A stretch of 64,000 bases of DNA from an uncultured Candidatus Berkelbacteria bacterium (GTDB taxonomy: Bacteria; Patescibacteriota; UBA1384; UBA12157): NCBI GenBank assembly GCA_903877885.1, contig CAIRFN010000009.1:8218-72217 (forward strand). The letters are read 5' to 3'. Below are positions 37,849 to 46,414 of the stretch, one piece after another; position 1 is the stretch's first letter, and every line of letters begins with the position of its first letter. Both the position numbers and the translations under genes were made by a program. Under the pieces are notes generated by a model, which did not search any database, was not told where the DNA came from, and saw only the letters and a program-made list of their open reading frames with translations.

Positions 37849-37904
37849 AGTGTCCTTTCTTGTTAATTTTTCGGAATATATAATTCCGTTTATTTTATAT
37901 TAGC

Positions 37905-38333
37905 CTATTTTACTTGATTTTTAAAGACTTCTAAAATTTGTTCTGTCTCAATCCGATCCATTTTCTTAAAAACATTTCGTTGCAACTTTTCATAAGACTG
38001 ATAAATTTCATCATCGAGTGTTCGCGGGATTAAATGAAAATGGATATGATCAACTTTAAGATCGTTTTGTTTTTGAAATGGTCTGTAATTTTCGCGAATA
38101 TCACAACCACCACCAAACATATCAATTAATATATCTTGATATTTTAAAACCGTTTCAAATAGTTCAATTCTTTCTTTGGAAGTTAAATCAGATGGTTTTT
38201 CGATATGGCGCTTAGGAATAACCAATAAATGACCTTTTGTTAAACATGGATTACTTAGTATTACAAAAACCGTTTCACTTTCGTAAATTACTCTGTTTAT
38301 ATCACTATTTAAATTGCAAAACGGACAATCCAT
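37905..38333 (-). CDS. HIT-family protein (second copy in the window).
   Basis: Histidine triad DHIHFHLIP. N-terminal CPFC. Confidence 0.8.
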   Translation of the reverse strand: MDCPFCNLNSDINRVIYESETVFVILSNPCLTKGHLLVIPKRHIEKPSDLTSKERIELFETVLKYQDILIDMFGGGCDIRENYRPFQKQNDLKVDHIHFHLIPRTLDDEIYQSYEKLQRNVFKKMDRIETEQILEVFKNQVK

Positions 38334-38347
38334 TAAACCTTTGCTTA

Positions 38348-39064
38348 TTATTTCTTAAATTTTGAGATCAAAACTAATATTGGAAAGACTATTACCGCTC
38401 TAAAGACCCGTTTCCAGCGGTTTGGTTGGGAAAATAAGCGGTAGAGCCATTCCAGACCAGTATTTCTCATCCACTCTGGCGCATATGGTACAATGCCGGC
38501 GATATAATCAAAAGTACCGCCGACACCCATGGCTAATTTTACTTTCAAAGCGTCTTTATTATCAAAGATGAATTTTTCTTGTTTAGGCGCGCCAAAGGCA
38601 ACGAATAAAATATCGGGATTGGTTTCATTAATTTTTTGCGCTAAGCCTTCTTCATCTGGTGTACCGGAATACGCGCCGGCGATTTTCAAATTGTGATGTA
38701 AAAGTTTGACCCGATTAGCCACTGTTTCGGCCACTCCTTCAGCGGCGCCGAGAAAATAAATTGAATAGCCTCTTTCAGCCGCGATTTTACAAACTTCCCA
38801 AGTTAAATCAACACCGGTAATTCGTTCACCGATTTTTTTGCCTAAGAATTTGGCAGCGCATTGAAGGCCCACGCCATCGGGAACATTAAGAGCGGTTTGA
38901 TTTAAAATTTCTTTAAATTTTTTATCGGTTTGAGCGGCCACCACAAATTCCGGATTAACCGTAGCAATCATATGAAATTCATCAACCATTAAAAACGCCT
39001 GGATTTTAGCCAACGCCTCTGTCCAGGAAACTTGATCAATTCTGATTCCTAGTATTTTAAACAT
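38348..39064 (-). CDS. WecB/TagA/CpsF-family glycosyltransferase. Start set at an internal Met with a GGTGG RBS; the track ORF extends to 39139.
   Basis: ILGIRIDQVSWTEALAKIQAF...ATVNPEFVV...NVPDGVGL...ILFVAFGAPKQEKFI. Confidence 0.75.
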   Translation of the reverse strand: MFKILGIRIDQVSWTEALAKIQAFLMVDEFHMIATVNPEFVVAAQTDKKFKEILNQTALNVPDGVGLQCAAKFLGKKIGERITGVDLTWEVCKIAAERGYSIYFLGAAEGVAETVANRVKLLHHNLKIAGAYSGTPDEEGLAQKINETNPDILFVAFGAPKQEKFIFDNKDALKVKLAMGVGGTFDYIAGIVPYAPEWMRNTGLEWLYRLFSQPNRWKRVFRAVIVFPILVLISKFKK

Positions 39065-40148
39065 TCTTTTCCACCTTTTTAAAAACTTCCAAAGTTTCTT
39101 GGGCCGCTTTGTCCCAAGAAAAAAGTCCGGAGCGGACACGGCCTTTTAGAATCAGGCTTTTTTTAAAACTAGTATCATTAATTAGTTTACTAAGTGCCGC
39201 GGCAATTTCGATTGGTTTTTTCGGATCAATTAGCATGGCGGCGTTTCCAGCGATTTCCGGCATGGAACTCACATTTGAAGTTACGACAGCCGTGCCGCAG
39301 GCAAAAGCTTCGACAATCGGCATACCGAAACCTTCAAAATTGGTTGTAAACAAAAATATATCCGCTTCTTGTAAGCGCTTAACATAATCGCTTTCTGAAA
39401 TATAACCGGTTTCAATAATATCTTTTTGAATTTCGGCTGGTAATTTAGCGATTTCGGCTTTGATTTTATCATAACCAAAACCTGGAGATCCGGCCAAAAC
39501 TAGCTTGTGATTAATCGATTTTTCTTGGCGCAAAAGTCCATAGGCAGAAATCATATTACGAATATTTTTCTTTTCTTCAAGACGACCGATAAACAAAATA
39601 TATGGTTGTTTCTCAACATTCGGATCTGGTTTGAATCTGTCTTTATCAAAACCATGCCAGACAACATGAATTTTGTTTGGCTTTAAATTATAGGTTTTGA
39701 TTAAATCTTGCTTGGTAAATTCCGAGGGCGTAATAATTTCGGCTGAATTATTGGCCGAAAAATTCATTGTCCAATTGTGATAGGCCAGTTCTTCTTGAGA
39801 ATAAAGTTCCGGAAAATGCTTAAAACCCAAATCGTGCAAAGTGACAACCGTATTTTCCGGATGAATTAACGGCACCGTGTGGCTGGGCACAAACAAAACA
39901 TCAGGGCGGTGCCACAACATTTCCCAAGAAAGTCGAACCTGACTCCAAAGTCTGGGAAATGGCATAATTTTAGTTTTGAAATTGCTCGGTAAGTTTCCCA
40001 ACCGTGCCGAAGGATCAGTTTGCGCATACAAAAGATATTGATTTTCTTGATCAATTTTAGCTAAATGTTTAATAATTTCAATCGAATAATATTCAGTACC
40101 AGTTAATTTTGGTTTGGTTGTGCGTGAAGTATCAATTCCTATTATCAT
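39057..40148 (-). CDS. Glycosyltransferase family 1 (GT4-type).
   Basis: FEGFGMPIVEAFACGTAVVTSNVSSMPEIAG E-x7-E region. Confidence 0.85.
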   Translation of the reverse strand: MIIGIDTSRTTKPKLTGTEYYSIEIIKHLAKIDQENQYLLYAQTDPSARLGNLPSNFKTKIMPFPRLWSQVRLSWEMLWHRPDVLFVPSHTVPLIHPENTVVTLHDLGFKHFPELYSQEELAYHNWTMNFSANNSAEIITPSEFTKQDLIKTYNLKPNKIHVVWHGFDKDRFKPDPNVEKQPYILFIGRLEEKKNIRNMISAYGLLRQEKSINHKLVLAGSPGFGYDKIKAEIAKLPAEIQKDIIETGYISESDYVKRLQEADIFLFTTNFEGFGMPIVEAFACGTAVVTSNVSSMPEIAGNAAMLIDPKKPIEIAAALSKLINDTSFKKSLILKGRVRSGLFSWDKAAQETLEVFKKVEKNV

Positions 40149-40209
40149 AATGATTTAATGCAGAATTCAGAATTTATTAATTATGCATTCTGAATTTTAT
40201 AATTAATTT

Positions 40210-41217
40210 TTATTTTGCCCATAAAACTGACTTTTTAAAACTTTCCAGGTTTTCCACCGCAATGCCAGTACCTTTGGCCACACACAAAAGCGGATCTTCG
40301 GCAGTCTGGCATGGTACACCGGTAATTTTAGTTAACATCTGATCAAGCGAACGAAGTTGAGAACCGCCGCCAGTCATAACGATGCCTTTATCCATCACAT
40401 CACTGGCTAGTTCTGGTGGCGTATTTTGTAAGACGGTTTTCACCGCCGCGATAATTTCTTGCAAAACTTCACGAACGCCCAAAACCACATCAGACGAAGA
40501 AATCATAATACTTTCCGGTAGTCCTGTAATTGTATTACTGCCAGAAACTTCCATGGTTAATTCTTTTTTGAGCGGCAAGGCGGCGCCGACTTTGATTTTG
40601 ATTTTTTCGGCCGTGGCCTCGCCCACAACTAAATTATACTTTTTTCGAATGTAACTGGCGATAGCCGCATCCATTTTATTGCCGCCAACTCGGACCGATG
40701 TTGAAGCCACAATGTCGCCAAGAGCGATCACTGCAACTTCAGTTGTGCCGCCACCAATATCAATAATCATGTTACCGGAACTTGAGGCAATCGGAATGCC
40801 AGCGCCGAGTGCGGCCGCAATTGGTTCTTTAATAACGTAGGCATTTTTAGCGCCGGCGGCGATGGCCGCATCGACGACGGCGCGCCGTTCAGTTGATGTT
40901 ACTCCAGCCGGAATCGCCACCATCAAATCTGGCCGAAACAAGCGAATTCGGCCGCCGAGCTTATTAATATAGTACTTCAACATCGCTTTAGTGATATTAA
41001 AATTAGCAATCACCCCGTCTTTCAACGGATGCGCAGCAATAATACTGTCAGGCGTGCGGCCCAACATCTCTTTGGCCTCTTGACCAATCGCCATCACTTG
41101 GTTATTGGAAGCGTCGAGCGCCACAACTGAAGGTTCGTTAACCACAATCCCCTTGTCAGGTAAATAAACCAAAATATTGGTTGTGCCTAAATCAATCCCA
41201 ATCTTCTTTAGTATCAT
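40210..41217 (-). CDS. mreB: Rod-shape-determining protein MreB.
   Basis: IGIDLGTTNILVY and actin-fold motifs. 4-nt overlap with murA. Confidence 0.9.
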   Translation of the reverse strand: MILKKIGIDLGTTNILVYLPDKGIVVNEPSVVALDASNNQVMAIGQEAKEMLGRTPDSIIAAHPLKDGVIANFNITKAMLKYYINKLGGRIRLFRPDLMVAIPAGVTSTERRAVVDAAIAAGAKNAYVIKEPIAAALGAGIPIASSSGNMIIDIGGGTTEVAVIALGDIVASTSVRVGGNKMDAAIASYIRKKYNLVVGEATAEKIKIKVGAALPLKKELTMEVSGSNTITGLPESIMISSSDVVLGVREVLQEIIAAVKTVLQNTPPELASDVMDKGIVMTGGGSQLRSLDQMLTKITGVPCQTAEDPLLCVAKGTGIAVENLESFKKSVLWAK

Positions 41218-42464
41218 GTAATCCTTTTTATTTTGGCGCCGAGTTTAGCCAAACGTTCTTCAATTTTTTCATAACCACGATCAACAATTTCTGCGTTATC
41301 GATGACAGTTTTTCCTTCAGCCATAAGTCCAGCCAAAATCAAAGTGGCGCCGGCGCGCAAATCTAAACTTTCAATATGCGCGCCATGGAGTTTAGTTGGA
41401 CCTGTAATTTGGGCAGTATGATTATCTAAAATTTCAATTTTTGCACCCATTTTTTCCAACTCTTTTAGATAGCCTAATCTGTTTTCAAATAGTTTTTCGG
41501 AAATTTTACTTTCGCCATTTGCTTGAGTTAAAACCAAACTCGTTTGCGATTGCATATCGGTCGAAAATTCCGGATAAAATCCAGTAGTAATATCTGTTGC
41601 TTTCAAATTATTTGCCGATTTTACTTCCACAAAATCTTGGCCGAGCACAAATTCCACGCCGATTTCTTGCAGTTTATCCAAAAATGGATAAAGATGATCT
41701 GGATTACAATTGGTAATTTTAAAATGACTATTCGTCGCCGCGGCTAGACAGATAAAAGTGCAAGCTTCAAATGGATCAGGCATCACTTTATAGGTTAAAC
41801 CGTGGAGCGCATCCACACCTTCAATATCAATTGTATCGGTGCCGGCACCAGTGATTTTCGCTCCCGCTTCGTTTAGAAAATTAGCTAAATCAGCAATTTG
41901 CGGTTCGCAGGCAACATCAGTGATTTTAGTTTGACCCGTTGCTAGTACTTGAGTCATAATCATATTTTCTGTGGCAGTAACTGATGGGCAAAGCTTAATT
42001 TGGCGACCTTCAATTTTTTCGCGCTTAAAATGGTAAATGGCATCGATTTTTTCAAAATTAGTATCGACTTGCTTAAAACCGTTCAAATGATCATCAATTG
42101 GTCGACTACCAATAGCACAACCACCAGGTTGCGGAATATTAACTTTGCCGAATCTCGCCAAATATGGCCCGGCTAAAACAATCGAACCGCGAAATTTTCG
42201 CACCAAATCGGCATCCGGATCATCATTTGTTAAATTAGTGGTATCAATCGTTAAAGTATGTTGATCACGACTAATTTGAGCGCCGTTTTTAGTTAAAATA
42301 TTAATTAAAGTTTCGATATCAGAAATATCGGGCACATTTTCCAAAATCACTTTATCTTTAATCAAAACTGTGGCGGCAATAAGTTTTAGAGCCGAATTTT
42401 TCGCACCTAAAACCGGAATTTCACCGCTTAATTTTGATAAACCTTCAATTTCGAATTTACTCAC
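41214..42464 (-). CDS. murA: UDP-N-acetylglucosamine 1-carboxyvinyltransferase MurA. GTG start with a GAAAGG RBS chosen by homology; the track ORF extends to 42545.
   Basis: VSKFEIEGLSKLSGEIPVLGAKNSALK N-terminus. Active-site region CAIGSRPID. C-terminal DLRAGATLILAGL. Confidence 0.85.
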   Translation of the reverse strand: MSKFEIEGLSKLSGEIPVLGAKNSALKLIAATVLIKDKVILENVPDISDIETLINILTKNGAQISRDQHTLTIDTTNLTNDDPDADLVRKFRGSIVLAGPYLARFGKVNIPQPGGCAIGSRPIDDHLNGFKQVDTNFEKIDAIYHFKREKIEGRQIKLCPSVTATENMIMTQVLATGQTKITDVACEPQIADLANFLNEAGAKITGAGTDTIDIEGVDALHGLTYKVMPDPFEACTFICLAAATNSHFKITNCNPDHLYPFLDKLQEIGVEFVLGQDFVEVKSANNLKATDITTGFYPEFSTDMQSQTSLVLTQANGESKISEKLFENRLGYLKELEKMGAKIEILDNHTAQITGPTKLHGAHIESLDLRAGATLILAGLMAEGKTVIDNAEIVDRGYEKIEERLAKLGAKIKRIT

Positions 42465-42523
42465 AATTACCTTTCTACTTGCTTTTGTTACGTTTATTGT
42501 ATTATGATTGATAGTAGAAAGCA

Positions 42524-43222
42524 ATGAAGAAAAAACTAAAAACAAGAATATTATTTATCTTACTCTGGATCTTTTTGATCAGCTCATTTTCGCTACTGGC
42601 AATTTTTGTGTTGTACGAGGCCAATGGTTATCGGCTCAATAAAACCACCTTGCGTTTAGAACAAGCTGGACTAATTTCCCTCGATGGACAGCCGAAGCAA
42701 TCATATATTACAATAAATGGAAAAGTTTCAGCCAGCAGTTTACCGGTCAGATTTCAAAAGATTTTCCCTGGCCAATATACTATTTTAGTTAGCCATGATG
42801 GTTACAATTCATGGGCTAAGACTGTTAAAATTGAAGGCGGCCAAGCCTATGAAAACAAAAAAGTTTATTTGTATTTAAGTAATATTACAGCCGCAGAAAC
42901 CACTCGCAATATTACTTTGGAAAATATCACTAATGATGCGCAAAGCCAGAAATCATCGGTTCAGATTCTAAATAATGAAATTTGGTACAAAGAAAAATTA
43001 GTGACCAGATTTGGCTTATCACCAGCCGAAGCCATTTTAACTGATGACCACACTCATATTATGTTTCAACTTGGCCAAGAATTACGAGTGATGGATTTAG
43101 ACGGTACCAACAATATCAAGCTATTGGATTTTTCTAGTAGCGATAGTCATATTTTTGCACTGGACAGTACTAATGTTTTGTTTTCCGATAATGGTAAAAT
43201 TATGGAGGCAAGAATCCGTTAG
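42524..43222 (+). CDS. Membrane-anchored PEGA-domain protein.
   Basis: N-terminal TM segment. LPVRFQKIFPGQYTILVSHDGYNSWAKTVKIEGGQA resembles a PEGA repeat. Confidence 0.5.
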   Translation: MKKKLKTRILFILLWIFLISSFSLLAIFVLYEANGYRLNKTTLRLEQAGLISLDGQPKQSYITINGKVSASSLPVRFQKIFPGQYTILVSHDGYNSWAKTVKIEGGQAYENKKVYLYLSNITAAETTRNITLENITNDAQSQKSSVQILNNEIWYKEKLVTRFGLSPAEAILTDDHTHIMFQLGQELRVMDLDGTNNIKLLDFSSSDSHIFALDSTNVLFSDNGKIMEARIR

Positions 43223-43238
43223 ATTTTAAATATTTTAT

Positions 43239-43850
43239 TTAGTTCTCAACCTGATTAGCCGTTACAACTAATCTTTTTAAACTTGTACCAACCGGCACGC
43301 AAGTCATCAAAGTTAGAGTTTTAGTTGGAGTTTGTGCCAGAACGGAAATATCATTAGGATAAATCACTTTTTTATTATTTATAACGTAGGTATAAACCTT
43401 ATTTTGATAAGAAATATAGATTTTATCGCCAACTTGGACTTGATCTAAATTTGCGAAAATCTCTTTATAAAGACCTTTGTTCCACCAATAATTTGAAGAG
43501 TGACCAAAAACAAAAACATTCCCGATTTGACCAGGCAAAGCTGTACCGGCGTAATGCGCTAGTCCTTTTTCTAAAGGTTTATCGATTTCATTTTCAACGA
43601 TATTCCAAGAAATCGGCGCCACCAGTGCTAGTTTTGGAATAAATAAATGATTATCATCTCGAGCCATATTATCGAGCATCGAATTTGTAGTGATGATATT
43701 AGCCGGATGTTTAGCCAGTAAATACCTTGCTTTTGACCAATAAGCCGGAAAATTGATCGTCAAAAAAGTAATGATAAAAATGCCAGCAAAAACTAACACG
43801 ATTTTCACGCCTTCTAAAACATTTTGCCAAAATTTATGTCGATGATGCAT
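43239..43850 (-). CDS. Sortase (transpeptidase).
   Basis: N-terminal TM segment. Catalytic His region VFVFGHSS. TLTLMTCVP (TLxTC) motif. Confidence 0.7.
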   Translation of the reverse strand: MHHRHKFWQNVLEGVKIVLVFAGIFIITFLTINFPAYWSKARYLLAKHPANIITTNSMLDNMARDDNHLFIPKLALVAPISWNIVENEIDKPLEKGLAHYAGTALPGQIGNVFVFGHSSNYWWNKGLYKEIFANLDQVQVGDKIYISYQNKVYTYVINNKKVIYPNDISVLAQTPTKTLTLMTCVPVGTSLKRLVVTANQVEN

Positions 43851-43922
43851 TTTACCTCAATTAAATTGTAACATATTTTTATAACTTGCGTTAGATATTT
43901 TTTATGTTAAACTTAATCTACA

Positions 43923-44354
43923 ATGTATAATCAAATTTCAAAATTAAAATTCAAAAAACTGCGACATCTTCTAGCTATGCCATTTATTATTGGAATGGCA
44001 ATTCCGATTGTGGTGTTGGATTTTATGATTGAAATTTACCATCATGTGGCTTTCCCGCTTTATGGCCTACCAATTAATAAACGCGGAAATTATATTCGGA
44101 TTGACCGCCAAAAATTATCTTACCTTAAACCAATTGATAAGGTTTGGTGTATGTATTGCGGTTATGCCAATGGTTTTTTGGCTTATGCGGTTAAAATCGC
44201 CGGCGACACAGAAAAATATTGGTGTGGGATTAAACATCATGACGGCGACAATTTTATCCCTCAACCGCATCAGGCTGATTTTTTACCTTACAACGACGAG
44301 CAAGCTTATAAAGATTTTGTTAACCAAAAAACCTGCGATTTAGAGAAAAAGTAG
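43923..44354 (+). CDS. Hypothetical protein with an N-terminal TM segment and Cys/His motifs (CMYCGY, YWCGIKHHDGD).
   Basis: ORF only. No recognisable domain. Lies in a tRNA-adjacent region of hypothetical genes. Confidence 0.4.
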   Translation: MYNQISKLKFKKLRHLLAMPFIIGMAIPIVVLDFMIEIYHHVAFPLYGLPINKRGNYIRIDRQKLSYLKPIDKVWCMYCGYANGFLAYAVKIAGDTEKYWCGIKHHDGDNFIPQPHQADFLPYNDEQAYKDFVNQKTCDLEKK

Positions 44355-44390
44355 CGAACTTTTTGTACTCAATGTTATAATAAAAATATC

Positions 44391-45071
44391 ATGTTTGATC
44401 AACTTTCTCAGCCAAATAAATCGAAAGCAATTTTTTCCACTCTTGTTTTAATTATTGCCAATTTATATCCAATTATTGGTATTGCCTTTTTGCATTGGGA
44501 TGTTCTGTCGATCGGTTTGATTTATTCAGCTGAAGGTTTAATTTTTATCGCTATAAGTTGTATTAAAACTTTGATTATCGGCACCTATTTTTATAAACAT
44601 CAACCGGAGACCAAAACCAAACTTTTCTTTCAACTTTTTTGGTCATATCTATTTATTACCATTACTTATCTATTTCTCTTGATTAGTGCCTATGCTATTT
44701 TGTATTTATATTTTTATGATTTTATGCCTAGCGTCCTTGCCGGAAGCCAATATCTTAATTCACTCCAAACCACTTCCTGGCAAATGGATTTTAGAATCGT
44801 CTCCTATCCAATTCTAGCGCTCTTACTATCGCATCTCGTATCCTTTTTTCTTAACTTTATTGGTAAAAAGGAATATTCTAAAGTTCAAAAATTCAGTCTG
44901 TGGGGCATTTTTGTCAGCCGCTATTTGTATGCATTTATCATCATTCTTCCTTTTACTTTTCTCTTTGATGAAATTACCACCGCCCAAAATCCAAATTTTT
45001 GGATTTCAATCTTTATTTGTTTTAAAATTATTTTTGATATTTTCAGACACATCCTCGAACATAATCGGTAA
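44391..45071 (+). CDS. Integral membrane hypothetical protein (about six TM helices).
   Basis: Hydrophobicity pattern only. Confidence 0.4.
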   Translation: MFDQLSQPNKSKAIFSTLVLIIANLYPIIGIAFLHWDVLSIGLIYSAEGLIFIAISCIKTLIIGTYFYKHQPETKTKLFFQLFWSYLFITITYLFLLISAYAILYLYFYDFMPSVLAGSQYLNSLQTTSWQMDFRIVSYPILALLLSHLVSFFLNFIGKKEYSKVQKFSLWGIFVSRYLYAFIIILPFTFLFDEITTAQNPNFWISIFICFKIIFDIFRHILEHNR

Positions 45072-45163
45072 ATATATTGCATAAACTAAAACTAACCAAC
45101 CTTGACCGGCTAGTTGTTTTATGATATAAATTAACCAGACTTCACTATCTGGAGGGCACCTTA

Positions 45164-45805
45164 ATGAGCAATCGGAACCATTACGTTGATTTTGAAAAAT
45201 TTGGCAAATTAGCCAAAGTATTGAGCGATCACCTAAACTATCTTCAGAATCATTGTTCAGAAATTGATTTTCCGGCTGAAAAATGGAAGGTTGTAAAATT
45301 GTTTAAATTACGACCAATGACGCCGGAATCGGATACACGTTTTATTTTTTCTTTTGCCATGCGTGTCGCATTAAGCTATTCGCCGGAGAAAATTCAACGA
45401 ATCATCAATCAAATCGCCAAGTATCACTCGATTCTTGCCGATCATCATTTTGGTAAGGGTGAGTACATTGAGCGAATCAAACCAATTGGACCGCGTATCG
45501 ACAGGATCTTGGATAATAAATATCTCCAGATTTTTAAAACTAAAATGAATCCTTGGAGTCCTAGCTGGAATAACGAGAGCTATGAATATCATTACCAAAT
45601 GATTGCCATCTCGATTATATTCAGAGGCGAAACATATGTTTTGTGTGATGGCCCAGATTACAGTGATGGTACTCGTTGGGAAACTCTCGAATACGTTGGC
45701 CTTAATCCGCAACACATTTCCTGGCAATTCGCTCATAATTTTGAACAGATCGAAAAAACCAAAAACAATCGAAACAAAGCAAACTTTAAATTAACATTTT
45801 TTTAG
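45164..45805 (+). CDS. Hypothetical protein.
   Basis: RBS GGAGGG. Followed by terminator agctgaaat-tatcat-atttcagct plus T6 (45803-45835). Confidence 0.45.
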   Translation: MSNRNHYVDFEKFGKLAKVLSDHLNYLQNHCSEIDFPAEKWKVVKLFKLRPMTPESDTRFIFSFAMRVALSYSPEKIQRIINQIAKYHSILADHHFGKGEYIERIKPIGPRIDRILDNKYLQIFKTKMNPWSPSWNNESYEYHYQMIAISIIFRGETYVLCDGPDYSDGTRWETLEYVGLNPQHISWQFAHNFEQIEKTKNNRNKANFKLTFF

Positions 45806-45838
45806 CTGAAATTATCATATTTCAGCTTTTTTATATCT

Positions 45839-45884
45839 AAATACAACCCTGGAAGTTACCTTCTGGTTTAAATCGGAAGTTTTT
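45839..45884 (+). repeat. Dispersed intergenic repeat copy 2 (AATACAACCCTGGAAGTTACCTTCTGGTTTAAATCGGAAGTTTTT).
   Basis: About 45-bp near-identity with the copy at 61378..61425. Confidence 0.6.
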
Positions 45885-45916
45885 AAAAAAGACCAACAAC
45901 TGTTGTTCTTTTTTTG

Positions 45917-46046
45917 GACCTGGCGAGAAACTTTATGACGCAACGCGTCTGGTTACCTGAAGGCGGACTCGAGCGTTATAAATATAATTTGGACCTGGCG
46001 AGAAGCTATAACCTAAAGGCGGACTCGCGCGTTATCAATATAATTT
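45917..46046. repeat. Two tandem direct repeats (about 74 bp and 56 bp) abutting the 3' end of tRNA-Ala. Each begins TGGACCT, identical to the tRNA 3' acceptor end, and ends GGCGGACTCG[AC]GCGTTAT[AC]AATATAATT.
   Basis: Read directly. Repeat 1 equals repeat 2 plus an about 18-nt insertion containing hairpin GACGC-aac-GCGTC. Repeat 2 also contains ACCTAAAG, identical to the tRNA T-arm junction. Confidence 0.6.
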
Positions 46047-46119
46047 TGGACCTAAAGAGATTCGAACTCTCTACCTCTTCAATGCGAATGAAGCGCTCTA
46101 CCAACTGAGCTATAGGCCC
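46047..46119 (-). tRNA. tRNA-Ala (anticodon CGC); CCA not encoded.
   Basis: Minus-strand sequence GGGCCTATAGCTCAGTTGGTAGAGCGCTTCATTCGCATTGAAGAGGTAGAGAGTTCGAATCTCTTTAGGTCCA. Cloverleaf with G3:U70. Anticodon loop TTCGCAT. Confidence 0.8.
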
Positions 46120-46266
46120 AAAATTATATCGACAATGCGAATGTGGTGTTGTGCCACTTAACCACAGGCCCAGATATATCTTTACAACCCCATCTTACCA
46201 CTTTCTTCCCTTGAATTCAATTAAGAAATCGATTATAATAGTATTAAGGTAATTGGATTATCATTT

Positions 46267-46352
46267 GCCCGGGTGATGGAACGGTAGACATGTAGGTCTC
46301 AAAAACCTATGAGCGCAAGCTCATGCGAGTTCGATTCTCGCCCCGGGCACCA
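46267..46352 (+). tRNA. tRNA-Leu (anticodon CAA), type II with a long variable arm; CCA encoded.
   Basis: GCCCGGG...TAGGT-CTCAAAA-ACCTA-TGAGCGCAAGCTCA-...CCCGGGCACCA. 7-bp acceptor stem. Variable-arm hairpin. Confidence 0.85.
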
Positions 46353-46365
46353 AATTTGATTCTGG

Positions 46366-46405
46366 ATTCCAGATCCTGCTTTCAGCCGGTCTGGAATGAC
46401 AAAAG
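46366..46405 (+). repeat. About 40-bp element GATTCCAGATCCTGCTT[TC]CAGCCGGTCTGGAATGACAAA, second copy at 5888..5926; contains 7-bp inverted repeat TTCCAGA/TCTGGAA.
   Basis: 38 of 39 identity between the two copies. Here it lies between tRNA-Leu and the histidine-kinase start. The other copy lies between the HIT gene and rpsU. Confidence 0.55.
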
Positions 46406-46414
46406 AGAGGGGTT

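Noticed and set aside
37545-37866. Track ORFs 37545..37829 (-) and 37552..37866 (+) overlapping the Cys-rich gene.
   Set aside because: Their translations are homopolymeric or low-complexity (VFVFVVVFVAGGAAAG..., KTKTKAVPAAAPP...). The Cys-rich frame has the RBS, the terminator and a coherent CxC pattern.
40149-40209. Inverted repeat GCAGAATTCAGAAT...ATTCTGAATTT between mreB and the GT1 gene as a terminator.
   Set aside because: The hairpin is imperfect and lacks a U-run on the minus strand where the genes lie. It is left unannotated.
41214-42545. Long N-terminal extension of MurA (MFLVFSSLLSTINHNTINVTKASRK...) reported by the ORF track from a TTG codon.
   Set aside because: MurA homologs begin at the VSKFEIEG-type sequence. 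A GTG with a GAAAGG RBS is present there. The extension would also eliminate the divergent promoter region shared with the 42524 gene.
45914-46108. Track ORF 45914..46108 (+).
   Set aside because: It overlaps the tandem repeats and the tRNA-Ala gene on the opposite strand, so it is not protein coding.
46130-46190. Possible third tRNA gene (minus strand, GGGCCTGTGGTTAAGTGGCACAAC...CATTCGCATTG).
   Set aside because: It shares the 5' acceptor and anticodon-loop words with tRNA-Ala but cannot be folded into a complete cloverleaf (no T-arm or 3' acceptor). It is treated as a tRNA-derived fragment.
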